This document shows, one piece after another, positions 61,233-64,000 of a stretch of DNA of 64,000 bases. Both the position numbers and the translations under genes were made by a program. Source of the stretch: Candidatus Sulfomarinibacteraceae bacterium (GTDB lineage Bacteria; Acidobacteriota; Thermoanaerobaculia; Thermoanaerobaculales; Sulfomarinibacteraceae); assembly GCA_963796455.1 (NCBI GenBank), contig CAWCLO010000004.1, forward strand, positions 1,056,001 through 1,120,000, given 5' to 3'. Below the pieces are notes generated by a model. It was not told the DNA's origin. It did not search any database and saw only the letters and a list, made by a program, of their open reading frames with translations. Numbering within the stretch: position 1 is the stretch's first letter; every line of letters begins with the position of its first letter.

Positions 61233-61847
61233 GTGTCAAAAAGAACATTTTCCCTGTTTCACCTGGTGTTGATCTCTGTCCTCGTGACGGGCGGCGCTTT
61301 CGCGGCGGACCTCGTCTCCAACGGTGATTTCGGATCCAACACCAACGATTGGCGTCAGGTAGGACGCGGAACGATGACCCACGATGCCGACGGCGCGGTG
61401 GCGGCCGGATCCCTGAATCACGACGCCGGGCTCGCAGGAAACGCGAGCCAGGCCATCGCCGGCCAATGCATCAGCGGCGTACCGGGCGGCCAGGAGCTCC
61501 AGTTTCAGGCGTCGGTGAAAATCGTCGCTGGAAGCCCCTCCTATTGCCGGGTTGCTCTTTTTGAGAGCGAAGGCGACGACTGCCTCTGGATAGAGCTCGG
61601 GGCCGAGGCACGCCGAGCATTCTTTGGTGCGAACTGGAACACGATTGTCGGAGCTTCTCACACAACATCTCTGACAACCGGATCGGTTGAGTTGCGGCTT
61701 CATTGCGCAAAAACGACCGGCGACACCGCCGCCCTCGAGGTCCGATGGGACGATGTCGCCGTAACAACGGTCGGTCTTCCAACCCTGATCTTTGACGACG
61801 ATTTCGAGAGTGCGGACACCACCGAGTGGACCGCAACCTCACCCTGA
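61233..61847 (+). CDS. Secreted hypothetical beta-sandwich protein (CBM-like)
   Basis: Signal peptide, LVSNGDF start, RWDDVAV, C-terminal IFDDDFESADTTEW. Confidence 0.75.
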   Translation: MSKRTFSLFHLVLISVLVTGGAFAADLVSNGDFGSNTNDWRQVGRGTMTHDADGAVAAGSLNHDAGLAGNASQAIAGQCISGVPGGQELQFQASVKIVAGSPSYCRVALFESEGDDCLWIELGAEARRAFFGANWNTIVGASHTTSLTTGSVELRLHCAKTTGDTAALEVRWDDVAVTTVGLPTLIFDDDFESADTTEWTATSP

Positions 61848-61899
61848 AATCTTATACAAACAGCTTCTCCGCTTGATGGCGGAGAAAGGAGCTAGAAAA

Positions 61900-63450
61900 A
61901 TGCTGAACACGACTGCCTGCAAATATTCACTGGTTTTTCTCGGTGTCTGCGTTCTCGCGTTGTTGACGCCGTATCACGCTGCCGCGTCCAATGCGGGTGA
62001 GACCCGCACCCCGTCCGCTATCGCCTGGGCTCCAACCTTCGAGTTTCAAGCTGCCACCATTGCCGTTTCCGGTCCGGCCGGCGTCACCAGTTGGACCGTT
62101 GCCAAGGGCGGTCAGCTCTTGATCGATGCGGCAAGCCTCGAAGGGTGGGCGAAACGCCGCGGCTATTCCGTGGACGGATCGTACAACTTCGAGATTCGTT
62201 TTTCCGGCCAACCCAATGCCGGGACCCGTGCCTCCCAGGAAGCAACTCCAAAGGAATCCTCCGGACGTGAACACGAGGTCGCGGTCACAATGGTCAAGAT
62301 GCCGGTGTTGAGCGGGCATTTTCGCGTGGTGGACGGTTCGATCCTCACCGTTGATCCCGATACCGCCGAGACCGCAACCGCCAAAGACATCGTTCACGCC
62401 GACGACGTCATCACCCAATTCAGCCAGTGCATCGGCAACGATTGCGTTGACGGCGAGAGACTTCGGATTCGACACCTTGAGGCTCAAGGAAAACAACCTT
62501 CGGCTCCACTTCGACGACACCAGCGCTTCGGGGAGTTTTCCCGCCAACGACTGGAGGCTCATCGCCAATTCATCGGACAACGGTGGTCTGAACTACTTCG
62601 GCCTCGAGGACTCGACCGCCGGACGCAACCTCGTGGTTTTTGAAGCGGGCGCCCCGGCCAATTCGCTCTACCTTGATGACGCCGGCCGTTTGGGCCTGGG
62701 CACCTCGACACCGGCCGTCGAGCATCACATCGTCGATGGCAATACTCCGACAGTACGGCTCGACCAGGATAATACCCAGGGATGGCCAGCATACGTCTGG
62801 GACGTGGCCGCCAACGAAGCCAACTTTTTTATTCGCGATGTTACCGGCGGCTCCGATCTTGCGTTTCGCATCCAGCCCGGAACTCCTGAAAATGCATTGA
62901 CGCTTCGGTCGTCGGGCTATGTGGGACTGGGCACATGGGCTCCCGCCGAACCACTCGTCGTCCAGACCAGTGGCGAACCCGCAACCGTGCTCCTCAACAA
63001 TGTGGGCAACGGTACCTGGTATCTGACCTCCGCTGACGACGGCAGCTTCTCGATCAGTGAGACCGGCGTCGACGGCCAGGAACTGCTCGTCCTCGACAAC
63101 CTCGGCAACCTCACTACCTCAGGGACAGTCAACGGCATCTCGGACCGCGACCGCAAATTCGGATTCACCCCGGTCAACTCGGCACAGGTCCTCGAAGCGA
63201 TTGCCGGCATGTCCATCACCTCGTGGAGCCTGATCGGCGACACCCCGGGAGTCCGTCACGTCGGCCCCACCGCCCAGGACTTTTACGCAGCCTTCGGCCT
63301 CGGCAAGGACGAGCGCCACATCACCATGTCGGATGTGGGCGGCGTGGCCCTGGCCGCCATCAAGGCGCTTTCAACCGAACTCGCCGAACGCGATCTTTTG
63401 ATCGAGAACCTCGAGCAGCGCTTGCAAAGACTCGAAAAAGGGCACAGTGA
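61900..63450 (+). CDS. Secreted beta-helix-like protein with C-terminal peptidase S74 / intramolecular chaperone domain; frameshifts near 62458 and probably near 63440
   Basis: Signal peptide; DIVHADD...CVDGE then FGFDTLRLKENN in a shifted frame; LGLGTSTP repeats; SDRDRK...HVGPTAQDF...ALAAIKAL; coiled-coil end. Confidence 0.75.
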
Positions 63451-63458
63451 CAACCATC

Positions 63459-63686
63459 ATGGATATCTGTTCAGACCTGGAAGACTGCCGGTATTTCAAC
63501 GAGGTGTTGACTTCGATGCCCGACGTTGCGGAGTTGATGAAGCAACGCTTCTGCCAGGGCCACCCGGAAAAGTGCGCTCGAAGATCAGTACAGGAGGCGG
63601 TGGGAGGCCAGCATGTGCCCCTCCACCTCGCACCTGATGCTCTCGAAAAGGCTCTGCGAATCATCCAAAAATGGAGCTTCCCCTGA
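63459..63686 (+). CDS. Small Cys-containing hypothetical protein
   Basis: C-x5-C.YFN...MP...LMK..FC-x6-CAR...VP..L.P, a pattern I recall from small proteins of anaerobes. Confidence 0.6.
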   Translation: MDICSDLEDCRYFNEVLTSMPDVAELMKQRFCQGHPEKCARRSVQEAVGGQHVPLHLAPDALEKALRIIQKWSFP

Positions 63687-63813
63687 GCTGAATTCGAGCT
63701 GCAAGACCTGATAGCGGGTCCTTGCTTCATGACAGATTTCCGCTGATATCCGATCGAATTGGCAAGACCCGCGGTGTATGCTCTGGGCTCAGTCGCAATG
63801 CGGGAGAGCAGCC

Positions 63814-64000
63814 ATGGCGGAACCGTTCAAGAACTTGTTCAACCCGGATACGATTCGCGATCTTGCGCAAATGCTCGAAAGCGGTGGCCCCCTCGATCTC
63901 GATGCCTTCATGGAGGACGCGCTCGACGGCCTCGAAGAGCTCGAACTCAAGGATCGGATTCGTCTTCTCAGCAAGGTGATGCGTCGCCACCTCGAGCCCG
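63814..64000 (+). CDS. DNA alkylation repair protein (AlkC-like), 5' part only
   Basis: MAEPFKNLFN...LEELELKDRI; GGGAG RBS; truncated by the window end. Confidence 0.75.
   Translation, partial: MAEPFKNLFNPDTIRDLAQMLESGGPLDLDAFMEDALDGLEELELKDRIRLLSKVMRRHLEP

Noticed and set aside
61900..63686. Prophage
   Set aside because: Only an S74 domain; no integrase, capsid, terminase or lysis genes.

Overview
64 kb of GC-rich bacterial chromosome. Gene content (Oar-type TonB receptors, an ECF-FecR-ABC cluster, secreted M4/M6 proteases ending in 'FxDGFESGD' or 'RRPSGR' tails) suggests Acidobacteriota, probably Thermoanaerobaculia; this is inference. About 48 CDS: murB, upp, gshB/gloB/grx, phhA, ogt, mscS, two ABC clusters, a two-gene molybdoenzyme and several secreted hydrolases. 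Three genes are frameshifted. No rRNA, tRNA, CRISPR, transposase or reverse transcriptase was found. The most unusual feature is the intergenic DNA, much of which is nested mosaics of inverted and tandem repeats. (i) A four-helix-bundle (Avd/23S-IVP-like) gene sits between inverted CAGGGACAGCG arrays and has three gene-less relatives, one still carrying the 3' end of a paralogous gene. (ii) A conserved GTGATAAGG cassette is followed each time by a 7- or 8-mer tandem array, with three different units among four copies. (iii) Several REP-like hairpin families. Also noted: a candidate sRNA with a C/A-rich loop, sigma-54 promoters, 11-bp-phased CCCAC boxes and candidate C-terminal sorting signals. 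All gene calls rest on motif recognition by eye, with no database search.
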